Shown here in pieces: positions 39,000 through 51,799 of a stretch of 64,000 nt of DNA (within the stretch, counting starts at the first letter, position 1; every line of letters begins with the position of its first letter). A program made the position numbers and the translations under genes. Below the pieces are notes generated by a model. That model did not search any database. It had not been told where the DNA came from and saw only the letters and a list, made by a program, of their open reading frames with translations. This DNA comes from Fimbriosthenelais zetlandica (lineage: Eukaryota), in assembly GCA_977030845.1 (NCBI GenBank), contig OZ365110.1, positions 44,888,001 to 44,952,000 on the forward strand. Reading direction: 5' to 3'.

Positions 39000-41900
39000 C
39001 AATACCAGGCATGAAAGACTGGAGGTCAGACGGTGCCTTTCTTTTGACAAAGAACTCAGTGGGTGTCAACATAGGTCTGGCTATGGATATCAGAACACAT
39101 GGCTAGCGATAGATTCTCTATCCCACCCTGGGCACCCAGGGGAGCATCCCCATGTCCTGGAATATTTCACTGTCCTTGAGCTTTTTTGAACAGGTCAATT
39201 CCAGATATTCCCCAGCTATTGCTAGACTCTCGGGAGTTCCCTTCCCTTTCAACACAGGCGCACAAATGGCCATGTTAAACACGCCCATGGGACTTGCAGC
39301 CTTACCATTCACAGATTCCTTCCAACGGATTTTGATTCATGGCGAAGGAAGACGAATACAGTCCATATCGCCAAAATTCTCTCCTACATTTTGAATATTT
39401 GATGATGTTTTTTCGCTTATCTATTCTGGGGTATGATGGGTGGGCAGCCGCTAGCAGTGCTGGCTAACGAGCAGTTAATAACGGAGAATCTTGCTCTTTG
39501 AAGCTAGCTTTCATCGTTGGGCTCGGAATTGTCTATGATGGACATAACCCAAGCAATCATAAGCTACGATTATCTTGGCCTATTCTTATGTGCCAGAAGC
39601 ATGCACTGCAGTAGTAGATCACTTTGCTATTCTGCCACACGTATTATAGACTCTATATGATAAAGGATGAAACGCCGATGCTTCATAATAGTGGTACGGA
39701 TGTGACGTTGGGCTTCCATTGAAAATGCCAGAAGAGATCAGCTTCCAATAACCTTGAAGTGCACCGATATTGGTCACAGGCTTGTGTTGGGCATTATTCC
39801 CTATACTTCATAAATTATCCACGGCCTTTTTTGTCTGTGAATGTGTGGTCGGTTAAGTCTCAACTTTGGCCTGGTGAGGTTCTTTGTTTAGCAGGAATCT
39901 TTGGCTGACCTGCCACCTGGTGTCATGGGGCCAGTTCAAAAGGCGGCCCTGAGAGAGTCCATTCATATCAGAGTCAATGTCAATACAGGCATAATAGAGG
40001 TGCTACTGCACCACTGATTGCCGTTGACAGGATGCCTGTGTGGGTTTATGGAACGACAGCTCGAGCCTGTGAACGACAGGCCGAGCCCGTCAAACCTTTT
40101 GCCCTCTGGAGGATTGCCTGACGATAGTTGGGCTGACCCTGGAGCAATGGGCAAATGCTGTGGAGGGTCACACCCGTGTTTCATGGCCTGTCCGTGCAGG
40201 CGCTCTATGGGACACTTGGGACCACCACATGGTTGGACCGACCACCAACAGACCTCAAGCTATTCAACACACAGAAGATGGCCACATAATAAGCCTTCTC
40301 CCTTGTTCAAATGAGTCTGCCTAAACCCTTATTTTCATGCCTTTAAACACTAGAGACAAAGAGCATTCCTGTAAGAAAAGTCCTTGAATACCATTCAGCG
40401 AGTGCAAAGCAGTATCTAATTGCTTTTCATGTCCCATCCAGAAACGATTTTCCATTGGCAATTAGTGGGTTTTGTTGGTTGGACAGCTGTAGGAGTTAAT
40501 AAAGAGTTATCTGAGTGCCTTAAATCATAGGGCGTGCTCACAATGAATGGTCCAGGAGTGAGAAGCGCCCCACACTGTCCAGGGTGGGCCAGTCATTGAT
40601 CCTCATACAAATTGGGCAGGCCTATGGGGGGCAATGTGACTGTGCTGGGAGATCTCGATTTTGTTTGCAATTGCCATAAGCATAACTGACCTAATGAGGT
40701 GCAGTGAGGCAGAATATTTAAGCAGGCTCACGGGTGAATGGGCAGGCAAAGGTCTTGATATTATGATTTCCCCCCGATGCCATCTAGGTTCCAGAAGGAG
40801 GGACCCATTCTGGTTTCTGGCTAATGGCATTATCCTGTCCGTTGCTGCCTTTTCCACTGTAATGGCCATGGGGCCTGCACGAGGTTATCCCTTGGAGCAA
40901 GTATAAGTTAAATATGAACGACTGTTGTTACCAGCACTCCAGGCAATTCATAACAAGGCCATCCTGTTAAGGGTTTGTGCTTGACCTCAAGTGCACTGCA
41001 CTACATGTGTGTGGGTGATTGGTTTGTAGTCATTCGCTCCAGAAATGAACATTGCCTTCTAATTTACTGGCCAGTTACAGTAATGCATGGATGACTGTTA
41101 TAAGCCACGAATTATACGGCTTACCATCACAAATCACCAACTGCTTTCGTTTCTACAGAGCTACATTCATTTCTGAACAGCTTGTATAAATATTTAACTA
41201 TTCCCCACTAAGGTCACTATGGAAGGGTGGCCTTTAAGCCTGCCTGGAACTATGGAACTAAAAGGCAGAACGCATCATCTCCATTGAGAAAGAACACTTT
41301 TTGTTTTCTTTCTCCCTTAAGATAAATGGAATATAGAGTCAGGATGTACACCAGGGTGTGGGTATCTCTCCTTCCCAGGAGAGCTGCTCGCCTGTAGGAG
41401 GATCTGCTCGAGGCCAGAGGCTGTGGCCTTCTGTTGCTGTCAGTCTTCAGAGTTGGTGCCCTCCGCAATTGAAGGTTACAGTGGCGAACAGCTCACGTCT
41501 GCCAAGTTCCCCTCCTCTTTCCCCTACCTACTCCTCCTCCTCCTCCTCCTTTTCCACCTCCTCGCCAAATCCTCCAAGACCTAGAGTAGCTCATGCACGT
41601 GGGTTAAGGAGCAAATCACTTGTTTGCATTCCACACTGATATGTTGATGGATCAACGAGCCATCGGATGACCAGAAGTCTATTTCAATTATGTCCATCGT
41701 GCACACAAGCCTCTCAAAGGCCATATTTTCATCTAGGGCTTTATGTTTGTTTAATGGCCTTTCAAGCTATTGATGGCTTTTTGATGAGAAAGGTATGAGG
41801 CCCTCGTGAATATACTTCAATAGGACAATATGGTCGCTTCATATAAAATATTTTTCCCCAGGGATTAGAGTCCATGCAAGTAGAGATAGGGTTACCTGAG

Positions 41901-42100
41901 AAAGGTATGTTGGGTATATTTAGTGGGGGGAACACATACCTGTCTTATAAACATGCGTAAACAATACATCACCCACAATCCTGGGGCCATAATACCCGAA
42001 GCCACACATCCATCCATGAATCATGCATAGGGAAAAAAGTAGGACAGGAATTTAACCACTTAGCGCCCTTGATGTAGAATATGTTAGTTACCCATATATT
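39000..42100 (-). mobile_element. Decayed L1/Tx1-like element: ORF1-like region with acidic tail, endonuclease, linker, RT start
   Basis: EEVEKEEEEEE tail (about 41570-41530), GNPPEGKRF (ORF 40184-39963, cf. WRxxNPxxKxFT), RWQVSQRFLLN at 39920-39886 (cf. WRLNxSLL) and PVLKGKGTPESL (ORF 39312-39118, cf. LIxKKGKDP). Confidence 0.5.
41531..41550. repeat. (TCC)6 microsatellite
   Basis: ctcctcctcctcctcctcct seen directly. Confidence 0.9.
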
Positions 42101-42999
42101 GATCGGTCTCGGAGAAATGATAATGAAATGAATCATTGACAGACTAACTTAAAAATTAAGGTGTTTTAGGCTTTGTGTGAGTCAGACATATGACAAATGG
42201 AAGCTGGGAAACACATCCTAGCTCAGTGCATGACTCCTGCCATTATCCAAAAACAATAGACGAAGAAAAGACCGCATGAAAAGCACTCCCACTAACCTGG
42301 GAGAGAAACTCTATCTAATCTCAACCCCAAACACTATTCTTTTCATGCAATTCCATCGTAAGAGGATGCAATGAAAACCACATGTTTTGCCTCGAAAATG
42401 GATCTGGAAATGCTTGGGATTATTCCAAGCTAGGGTGGGAAACCAATACAAATGCTATGTTACTTACACAATAGGCCTGCAAGCTTGAGTTTCTTGTATA
42501 AATGTATCAACTGGAGGAGGATAAACTCCCAGGATGCTAACCAGAAACAGCGCTCTGTGCCCCCAGGCAAAACTTAAGAAGAGGAACCATCTGCATCCTC
42601 AGAAAACTAGCCCTTGGCTAAAACACTAACACTCACTGCACTGGTTGGCTTCTTCCAAAGACCAGAGTAACGTAACGTTCTTGCACGTTTGTATATAATA
42701 AAACATGACAAGATGACAGGAGAAAAAGTCACATATCAAATTTCAATAACATGGCACGAGCAGCAGCCGATAAGGGATTGGGTTTAAAAGCATTTTAACT
42801 AGTAGGGGATATGTCAAGTGTAAAATAGGGTGGGGTCCTTTCTCAGTTGGTGGTCACTTTATGTTCGGAATACCATGCAAATGTTTAGACGTCGTAGGGT
42901 TAGAGTAACGTCCAAGCCTGACTCATGTAAGCCCTGTGGTCTGAAGCATATATCACAGGAGAAAATATTTCACCCAGGGTGAAGTTTATTGGGAACAAA

Positions 43000-44900
43000 G
43001 TACACATCCATCTATGAGTATCACATCTGTAATGCTTCTTCCACTTATTCACTTTTAACAAGCATGAACGAGGCCTCGACCCTATGGACCCATACTGTGA
43101 GAGATTTTACCCTTCTGTTTTTACAGACATCTGACTGGGGTGTTGAAGCTTACGGTGGCGCCACTGTATTTCATGTTCCATATGATTCCAGATTGAAAGG
43201 ACTGGATATAAACTTCGAATAAAATGCCTAGGTCACGACACCAAAATTATATGTTCTGCAGTAAAGATCGATCATTGCGAAGGTTCCTCTAACATAATTT
43301 ACATAATTGCGGCCCACTCCTTCAATGACAAGGAAAAGTATCCCAACTTTGTCATTTTCCTTCTCATAGTTTTAGTGCAGACATATATCATAACAATCAA
43401 ACTGTCGAACACCTGTATTTTTTGCTTGACTGGTTGGGCAAAAGCTCAAGATTAAATCTAGTTCACAGTAGGCTTGCCACGAGTCAAAGCAGCCAATCTG
43501 AAGTTGTATGGATTGGTTAGATAGGATCACTCGTACATTCGATCCTAGCTTTGATTTTGTCCCAAATCGGGTCCCTGCACAATACACCTGACAACTGGGG
43601 ATTTAGATGCAGTAATTCATATGGCAAAGAGCCAAGCCTCGAGCCTCTCTATAGCTCAGAGTGAATTGGCAGCCAGAGGTCTCATTCATACAGCGTCTAA
43701 AGCCTCATCTCTACTCGCAATCAGTACTATTGGGAAGGAAGGAAACCTGAGACTCCTCCCCGAGGACCAGGTTCAACGCCGCAATGATCACGGGTGGAAA
43801 TTGATCGGTATTTTATCATCATCTGTGAGGTCACATACCAAACCAAGTGTTTTATTTGTCTCAAGCAAAGTATCAGCACCGAAGGGCCAGAGGCGGAGCT
43901 CATTGAAAGCGGCCCCCAATAGTGACCAGTCAATCCCGGTTTATACTCATGATCCGAGGCCACAGCCCTTTCTTTCACAGTGGACATTAACTATGGTCCG
44001 AGTCCACACCTTGACGGACGTGCTTTGTAGGGGGCGGCCTAGTGGAAACCCTTCCAGCGGTCAAGTTGACAGCTTAAGCCCAAGCTGGTGTCAGGTCTGT
44101 CAGGTCAGAGCAATGATGAATGGTCAACGTCTAGTTAGCACACGTACACACTGACTGCCAGTCAATGACAGAGGTCCACAACACTTGACAAAGACAGTAA
44201 TTAGCTTGAGGGACACGCCTTCTCACATTCCCTCATTTTCTCCACCTTCGTCTTGAGCACATATATAAGGTCCGTGACCATAAAAGGGAGATAGGCACTC
44301 CATATATAAGCAACACAAAGATCGTGCCATGTAAGAATTCCTCACTGACCTTTTCACAAAGGAAGCAAAGGACAATAGAGCAGATTCCTCCTTTGGGAAG
44401 GCTCTGTATACGACCAAGGGATGATAATATATTATATGGGCTTTCCACCATCCTCTATTCAGGTGGACTGATGATCAGAAATCGATAAAGTCCGCCCACA
44501 GCAATAAAAGTTTTTGATAAGCGACTGTAAACCAGAGCCATAAGTTACTATTAAGTCTGAGTTAATAGAATTTAGAGAAAGGGTTCGTCTTGTTGTTCTC
44601 TATCTCATTCTACCGTCAGCAGATGCCCGGCCAATCGCCTTTCTTATATAGCCGGGCTATAAATCGTGGCCACCAAGGTACTTTCAACTACTGTGAATCA
44701 ACAGAGATTAACTGGGCAAGGTCGGCAACTGGCCTTCACCATGTAGACCCAGGGTCCAGACTGGTGCAATCTTTCTTGAAATTTTGACACCAGCACATGG
44801 CATCCACTTGCTGAGTGCCAGCAGGTCTGTGGCACATATGAGGAAAACTGGGCAAGCTTGCTTTGAAACGCCACAAGAAATCAGACTCAAGTCAGGGCAT
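43000..44900 (-). mobile_element. Decayed Tx1/L1-like element: zinc-knuckle ORF1 remnant plus endonuclease
   Basis: CWHSASGCP at 44824-44797 (half CCHC knuckle, cf. GHxAxxCP), then IVNVHC, LLGPAFNE (cf. LGGDFN) and TWSSGRS at 43773-43751 (cf. YTWS...SRID). Confidence 0.55.
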
Positions 44901-45879
44901 GCAAGGGTATGACCCGAAGTTGAAACGTGCTAAATATAAATTAAGACCCATCCAAGAATAGCAATCAATTTTGAATAAGAGTTTAAAGTGACTTCAAAAT
45001 AGGTTCCCAACTTGTTATATTCGAGACACATTATATAGATGACTAAAAGACTAGGTATTTCTTATAATGAAGGTACATGAAAAAATAAGGCTAAAAGGAT
45101 TTCCTATCTAGATGCATTAGCGTAGGTGCCCAGAAGAACGTAGTCATGTCACATCAGAAAATGTCATAATTATGGAGATCTGTCGGTCCCGGGGAGCTCT
45201 ATATCGCATTATTACCTTTCAGAGTACACTATCTACATTCCCCAAACCACACCTTAGAAGAGGCAGAAGGAAAACATTTCAGAAATAACCCGTCTAATAG
45301 GTAATGCCACTGCCTTTGATGATGTATGGATTTCCTGGACGTTGTCATCTGAATAAAAGCCCTCTCCATCTCGTCGCCTCGTGGCCTTCTTCTTCCTCCA
45401 CCTGGCCCTAATGGTCATTACCTTGACGTCCCTGCTGTCAGGCTGACCAGTGGTCAGAGCAGGGCGAGCAGCCCCCCCTAATCAGCTGTGGTCAGCACCA
45501 GGTGATACGTACACCCTCTACACGAGGCCCACTGTGCTGATAATGATGATGGCCAGTTATCAAGGGGGAGGGGATCATTACCACTGGGCATGGTCTGGAT
45601 CAGTAGGTGGTATTATCAGGGGGCTTGGATCCCCGCTAGGTGAAGGAGGGAGGAGCTGTCTGGCGGGTAGAGGAGACTGGGGGGAGGGGCACACATAGGG
45701 GGCGGTGTGGATAATGTGGGCGCCCCTTCTATACTCTACACTGCCGCCCTTTCAATCATACCTCTTCATGGACTTCAGATCACAGGCTCCTCTGGGCGAG
45801 ATCTTCGCAAGTTTCTGAGTTCAGCCAAGATGGGTTCTCCTATGAACACAAATTCCTAACCATTCTTTCTCGATACATT

Positions 45880-46099
45880 TTAAAACTGGAACACACTAAT
45901 CCGATTCTCCAATCCGTCGCCATCCGATGCCCTATTTCTAATGATGTCTACAGATTGAAATTGTGTCAGTGGTTGGCCTTACCTAAATGTAAAGGACTGT
46001 TTAGATGACAAGTATTTGGGGTGAATAGAAATGTAGGTTGGGAAAGCTTTATCGGATGGCGCCGGATAGAGAACCGCATTAGTGTGTTCCAAGCTTTAA
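45880..46099. mobile_element. MITE of about 212 bp with about 45 bp terminal inverted repeats and TTAA target-site duplication (Kolobok-like termini)
   Basis: Left arm 45884-45928 versus reverse complement of 46051-46095 gives 39 matches in 46 columns by hand alignment. TTAA sits at 45880-45883 and 46096-46099. Termini are AA...CT, fitting the RR...YY ends of Kolobok rather than the CC...GG of piggyBac. Confidence 0.8.
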
Positions 46100-46549
46100 A
46101 TTACAAAGGGTTGAACCGAATGTGAATCTTTGAAAAACGTACGGAGGTCTTAAGAAGTAAATTATAACAAAAGGTGGAAACAATTAATGTATAAGAATAT
46201 CCTGTATCATCAGTAGAGCTGCAGCTGTGCTACATGGTCATACTAAGTTTCGATAAAAACCCAAGCCACGTCTACTGCTCCCTTTGCTGATGGTCATGGC
46301 ACCGACAGCTGGTACACCTTGCTCCAGCAGCTAGCCCCGAGAGGTACCCTCCGCCCCCGTCTGGATTTACCTCATAGGTCAAAGATGTCCGCCGCAAATG
46401 GCCTGTTTATATCTTAGAAAGCAAACCAATATTTCATCCCACTCGACCAACAGGTTTTTATTGCCATGCACCAGATATGAGCCTTACATGACTTTGTGAT
46501 TTTCAATACAATACAGTATCGTATTACTGTCGTATTTTAAACTGATTCT

Positions 46550-49100
46550 TCAGAAATCTGCACCGAATACCATGTAAGATGTAGGATATTATGGGTACTT
46601 TCATATTTTGTGGCTAATATTTGTTAGCGGTTTGCATTTCAGAGTGATATATGTTTTTTCCATCTGTTTCCTATTTGGGGAGATTGAAGGTGACTAAACA
46701 ATCTCTCTAACTGCTCTGTAATATCTTCACAAGTTGCGAATGAAGCCTTTGGTATTGATGTAGAGCAGTGTTGCATCGACCGGTAATAAGTATACGTCAG
46801 CTTGTTTCATTTTCCGCTTGGCCAGCCATAATGAGAAGTGAGTTCAGACATAAAGTAAACATGGATTCTTGGCGGGACAAAAAGTCAGCTTCGTCATGCT
46901 ATAAAGCATGTAAGCAGATGTCTCGTCTCAGTGGGAGGGTTTTCCAGGAAGACAGACAAAGGTTTCTAACATTATATTGTGTCTATTCTAACAATAGTAC
47001 CACGGTATTACGGGTATATACCCAACTGTCACATTCTGAGAACATAACGACCGATATCAGATCAAAAGGCAAAATATTCATAACAGAATCAGACACAGCT
47101 TATATTTGCAAGTATATGATAGTCTATTATTTTCAGGTACAATTCTAAACGCGCTTTAAGAAAAAGTTCTGCTTCATTGCCGGAAATTTGCAGTGAAAGG
47201 CAGTTCCGCTGCAATCAACATTTCCATCTAACAGTATATTTCATCTCCCATAACAAATCAAGACTGGATCCTATTGCTTTTCCATTTACTGTTAGAAACG
47301 CTCCCCCAACGGGTGTTCCCTCGCTCAACTAAATGTTGCCGTTTCCTCTTTAATGCGTTCTTAATTTAACATGTCATTCAATATATTGGTCGTAAATGTA
47401 ACAGTGCTGTTCCACCGAATACAATTGGTAATTCGATACTCGTGACCGAATGTTGCTCTCGCTCTACATCTGAATTTCGATTGGTTCTAATATTTCATAT
47501 CCATCATAGCCCGAGGTCTGACAATGACAGGAAAAAAAGAATTTTCCTCGTTTGAGTGACAGTAATGTCTCAGTTGGAACTTTGGACTGGACAGAAAAGT
47601 AGCTGGCAGGGAAGATGCATGCACGAAGGGGCACGTGTAACCTGTTCCTGCCCATCCTGACTCATTCCATCCCTGGCAGTGGAACTAAAGTGGAAAAGAT
47701 ACCAATTACACAAAAGCCCCAAATGCATGACTTGTCGTGATTCATAGAACTGGCAACAATGGCGCTGACCATCGAGTGGGGGCAAATAAGCAAGGCGAGC
47801 AAAAGCTCAATGGGAGCTGCCCTCCGAGGCCAATAGACGCCCTCTGTGGGGCGTCCTAATAGGTGGCTGACCCCAGAAGCACGGGTCAATTTCCCCCGCA
47901 GAAAACTTCCGCAGAGGAGGTAAAAAGGTTTTGATTAGCTGGGATCGATCGATAAATCAGGTTAGTTAATTTCTATGGCAATCATGGCAAGCGTGTCACA
48001 AAGGCTCGTTAGAAGGTCACTAATAACCATTCATAGCTTGCCATGGCCGGCCAGAAAAGTGGACAGAGATGAGTTCTTCCCTGCAGAATAAAATAAATTC
48101 CATGAAGGGTAAACACTTGGTATGCTTTAAAACCTTGTCTTCTACTGTCTCCTGGGAGAAGGAAAAATTCCAGAGCTGCTATCTATTGTGACGGCCGTAT
48201 CTCTTCCTGTGTGGTATCTGCATTGTTTATCAGAGGCGACATTGCATAACGCCTTTTGTTCTCCCATGCAAAGAAAATGGATTTCCGTGGCACGATAACT
48301 CATGGCAAGGAGCCTTTTTATAAGTAAAGAACATAGACAGTGTTCTAACACACACAATGCGAAATACCTTGGTCGACACAAAATTTATATGATAACACGT
48401 AAAACACATTCCTATGATTGTTCATATTCCCCTAGATATTCAGGCATGGAAAATAGATGCTCCCAGGGGAATATCTATGTTACCATTATTTTCCACCGAA
48501 GAAAGGGATCATAGGACTTAAATGCATTCAGAGAAGACACTATAATTATATTGTAGAGATTTATATGTGATGGGAATGCACTGGAAGAAAATAACTTGCT
48601 CTGCACACGTGTGTCTCATCAGAGCTAGAACAAATCCTCTTCCTGGCGCAATCAATATCTAATCTAATCCAAGAGACCCTCATAAACAAAGGCATGTCTC
48701 TCTCTAGAGATGTTCGGAAGCCAATAGTAAACTCAGAAAAAAAATCCCTGTTGTCTGTACGACAGCTTTGCATATCTTTCATGGAATATGGGAGACACCA
48801 TTATTTGCATATTGATGCATGCGTATGGTGATCAGAGGGTAAGATGCATCATGGGACGTCACAAAGATCTCATCTCCACTGTGGGTGGCCGCCTTTTCTA
48901 ACGGTGGAAATAGCTATCGCTCCCATTCCACGTACATGGCCCTTATTTTGCCCAGAAATCATCACCATCTAATGGGCTCGACGCGAGGGAACCATTGCCC
49001 AATTTAGAAATAATGATGGGGATCCGCATGTGTATCAGACTATGGGGGAAGGCGCGGTGAGAGTTTGAGTAAAATGGAGGTTAGCTGCTTGACACCGTTT
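46550..49100 (-). mobile_element. Decayed CR1-like LINE, endonuclease end through RT (about 2.5 kb)
   Basis: Collinear: PSDHH (48839-48825), FRTSLERDMPLFMRVSWI (cf. LDKHAPLxxR...PWI), FLCMGEQK (cf. FxNIGxKL), TSGYDG near 47510, PFDLI (cf. AFDLV), RQESMFTLCLNSLLI at 46874-46828 (cf. PQGSILGPLLF) and VDATLLY (cf. ADDTTL). Confidence 0.65.
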
Positions 49101-49399
49101 CCCTATCAGTAGGACACAGAGGAAGGGCCAGGAGGCGGCTGTCGGTGGAGCTGGGGGACGTGTAAAATGTCCCCGGACAATCACAAAGCAGTAGGCATCA
49201 TTAGATGACAGCCCATCCCCCAGACCCTCATATAATCAACTTACATGGCCCACACCCCCACCAGAACCCGGGGGATCTCTAACTCAATTACTTGCATTCT
49301 CATTGTGACTTTTCACTCGGCGAGCTCACTGGATGCAGTGTCTTAATTAAGAGTCGTTGCGGCCTTGACGCTTTTAATCAATTTGAAACAAACGCTTAT

Positions 49400-50350
49400 C
49401 ACTTGGCCCACCCCCTTGACAAGGAACTGGCCTAACAATGCTTCAGGCAACAGAAGCTTTTTTCCCTCTTTTTTCTCCCTCTTTCAACAGAATCGTTATA
49501 GTAACAACTGTCAACGCTCAAGATCTATACATCAATACACAGAAAACCAGTTCCCAGTTTGGAAGCAGCATATTCCCTGGCTATACCTGACAGACAAGAA
49601 GCACTAAGTGCAATCTATGAACACGATAATTGAATAAATTGATGGGTCCGTTTCGGTACGTGCTCTGCTGGGCTGCTGGTTTCTGGGAGATGGGAGAGTG
49701 AAAATAGGGCCTAATGCAGGTGAAGCAGTGTGCAAACAGATATAAATGGTTTCTAAAGAGCATTGTAGAATCCCCAAGTAGAGGGAAAAGTCGGTGCATA
49801 CAGAGTCCTTCAGCTTAGATGAATGCCATCATATTGCTTATGTTCTCACACAGTGTAGCCTATACCAAATGTAAATCCATTGTTTTTTTGTTATCTGAAC
49901 TCCAACCTTCCTTGTCTCAACATAGAGTGAATGGGTCACGCACTGTCCAGTTCCCTACTGTTTCTAAAACATATGGTACTGACTTAATGGACAGCTTATT
50001 TATTTGCGGAGCAAGGAAAGATTGGGTCTATCACCCTGGAATGTTTTTGGAGCACACAGGTCAAGTGAGGTAGGATGGTGGACTGAGGAAGCGAGTGTCA
50101 GACACCTGCCCGGGGAAACTAAGTCATCACTGCATTGTTTACCTCCAGAACACGAGCTCCAATTCCTCTTGTAAAGTCTGAGTTGCTCATTTACACAGAC
50201 AGCCAAGCCAGGGAACTCTTCCCATCAGAGATCGTGCCACGAACCTGATTTTCCACCCTTAAGAGCTTGAATCTAGGTAGGATCTTTCGCATTCTGTTCC
50301 ACACAGGGGGTAGATTACATCAAGGAAACATGTCACTTCTAGGAATTCCC
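49400..50350 (-). mobile_element. Decayed L1-like endonuclease and linker
   Basis: AVCVNEQLRLY...SDDLVSPGRCL in ORF 50206-50000 (cf. VAILINKxL...SDxxGRY), QGDRPN (cf. GGDFN), NGPINLFN (cf. GPGxWKFN) and WELVFCVL (cf. WExxKxxL). Confidence 0.58.
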
Positions 50351-51799
50351 TAGCTCTTCACCTTTCTAAGGCTCACTCAACACTGTCAATTGCTGCTGTC
50401 ACTTCATATAAAGTCACTGCCTTATCATTGAGTTGACCTGCTGGCATGGCTGACCCATCGAATACTGCATAATATAATATTCCAGGATATATCTTTATAC
50501 AAAGGAACAAAAAAGATATGGTCCGATTCATACATCTATCATAAATTGACATCTATTATCCAGCTAGGCTTTCAGGCCTGATGCCCGATGGAGATCAACG
50601 CATCAGTGAATAAAACTGACCGATAGATTTATATTCATTCATGTCATCTCTCACGGCCGTGTACAAAATATGCCCTGTATATATTCCCCCCTCGATCATT
50701 CACTATCTAACGCCCTCAAGTGATGTCCCTAACCTCTCATAACGTTCAGGGGGTCGAAGCAATCGGCCCACTTGGCCTTCGCCTCCAACACTCAAGCAAT
50801 TGTGTGGTTGTGCTGCTGTATCCCATTCGACTGGGAATTCCATTAAAAATACAGGAGAGGTGAGATTATGAAGGCAGGAGGATCATGCTTTTAACGGCCG
50901 TGTTCTAAATACTAAAAAGGTCAGAGAATTTATTGTGAATTCACTTTCAACTAATGCTGCTAAGGTGCAAGGATTTTAAGGAGTCACCCCATTCGTGCTT
51001 CTCCACTGATAGGGGATACGGCTTCCAGATAAAGCCCTAATTGATTAAAGCCATACAAGAAAAGCAATGGTTTTTATACGTAATATAACAAGGAGGCTAA
51101 TGATGGAATCGCATTGAAAGACTCTGCTAATATAGGAGCGAGTGTGTGAACGAGCTTGGGGTGTACTTTTCATGTCTTTACTAAATAGGTGTTGGTCTGA
51201 GTGTGTCAGCAAGAGCAGTTTGGACCCAGCTCAGCTGTAACCCCTAATCATGTCTGATGTAGTTCCTCTCTAGACAGATCTACTAGAGGTGGAGAGGAGT
51301 TGGGAGGTTCTTCATCCCTTATACCCCTTGACATGGGCCTTCTTCACCAGGAGGTACTTGCCAGTTAGTTTCCCGGATTAGGTTTCACCCTCCACCATGA
51401 ATGCCAGTTAACATGGGAGCATCCCGCAATGAAGCGAGCGACTCAAATAAATCGGGGGAAATGTCAGAGACCTGACTTTATGTATCGTTTTTATTGCCTG
51501 CGGCCGTTTACAACCGATGGCATACAGTGCGCTGAGCACTGAGTTTTGAGCATGGTTATTGACTTTTGTCTGCAAAAGAACAGCTTGGAAACACCAATAG
51601 ACCAGGGGAGGTAAAGTGACTCATACAGTTTGAACATCTCTTATCCACCTTTTAACGGTCAGTTGGCCTGACAAAGGTTCCTCCCTACAGGCATTTAACT
51701 ATTTCAACAGACGGATTCCTGAAGACAGACGCATGGTCAGTTGAGTTTTAGTTTGCCCTCATGGCATTAAGTGAAGCTCAAAGTCCATAATTCCAAATG

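Noticed and set aside
43621-44154. Longest ORF in the track (177 aa, plus strand)
   Set aside because: Ser-rich with no recognisable domain, and it is the antisense of an endonuclease relic with clear motifs on the minus strand.
46768-47148. 126 aa plus-strand ORF
   Set aside because: Antisense shadow of the CR1 RT core.
49461-49491. Very strong plus-strand polypyrimidine tract and CAG
   Set aside because: It is the complement of a Lys/Glu-coding purine run in the L1 linker, and all frames after it close quickly.
50735-50785. tRNA or SINE-like A box (aggccaagtgg) and B box (gcttcgacccc) on the minus strand
   Set aside because: The boxes are only about 8 nt apart and there is no cloverleaf.
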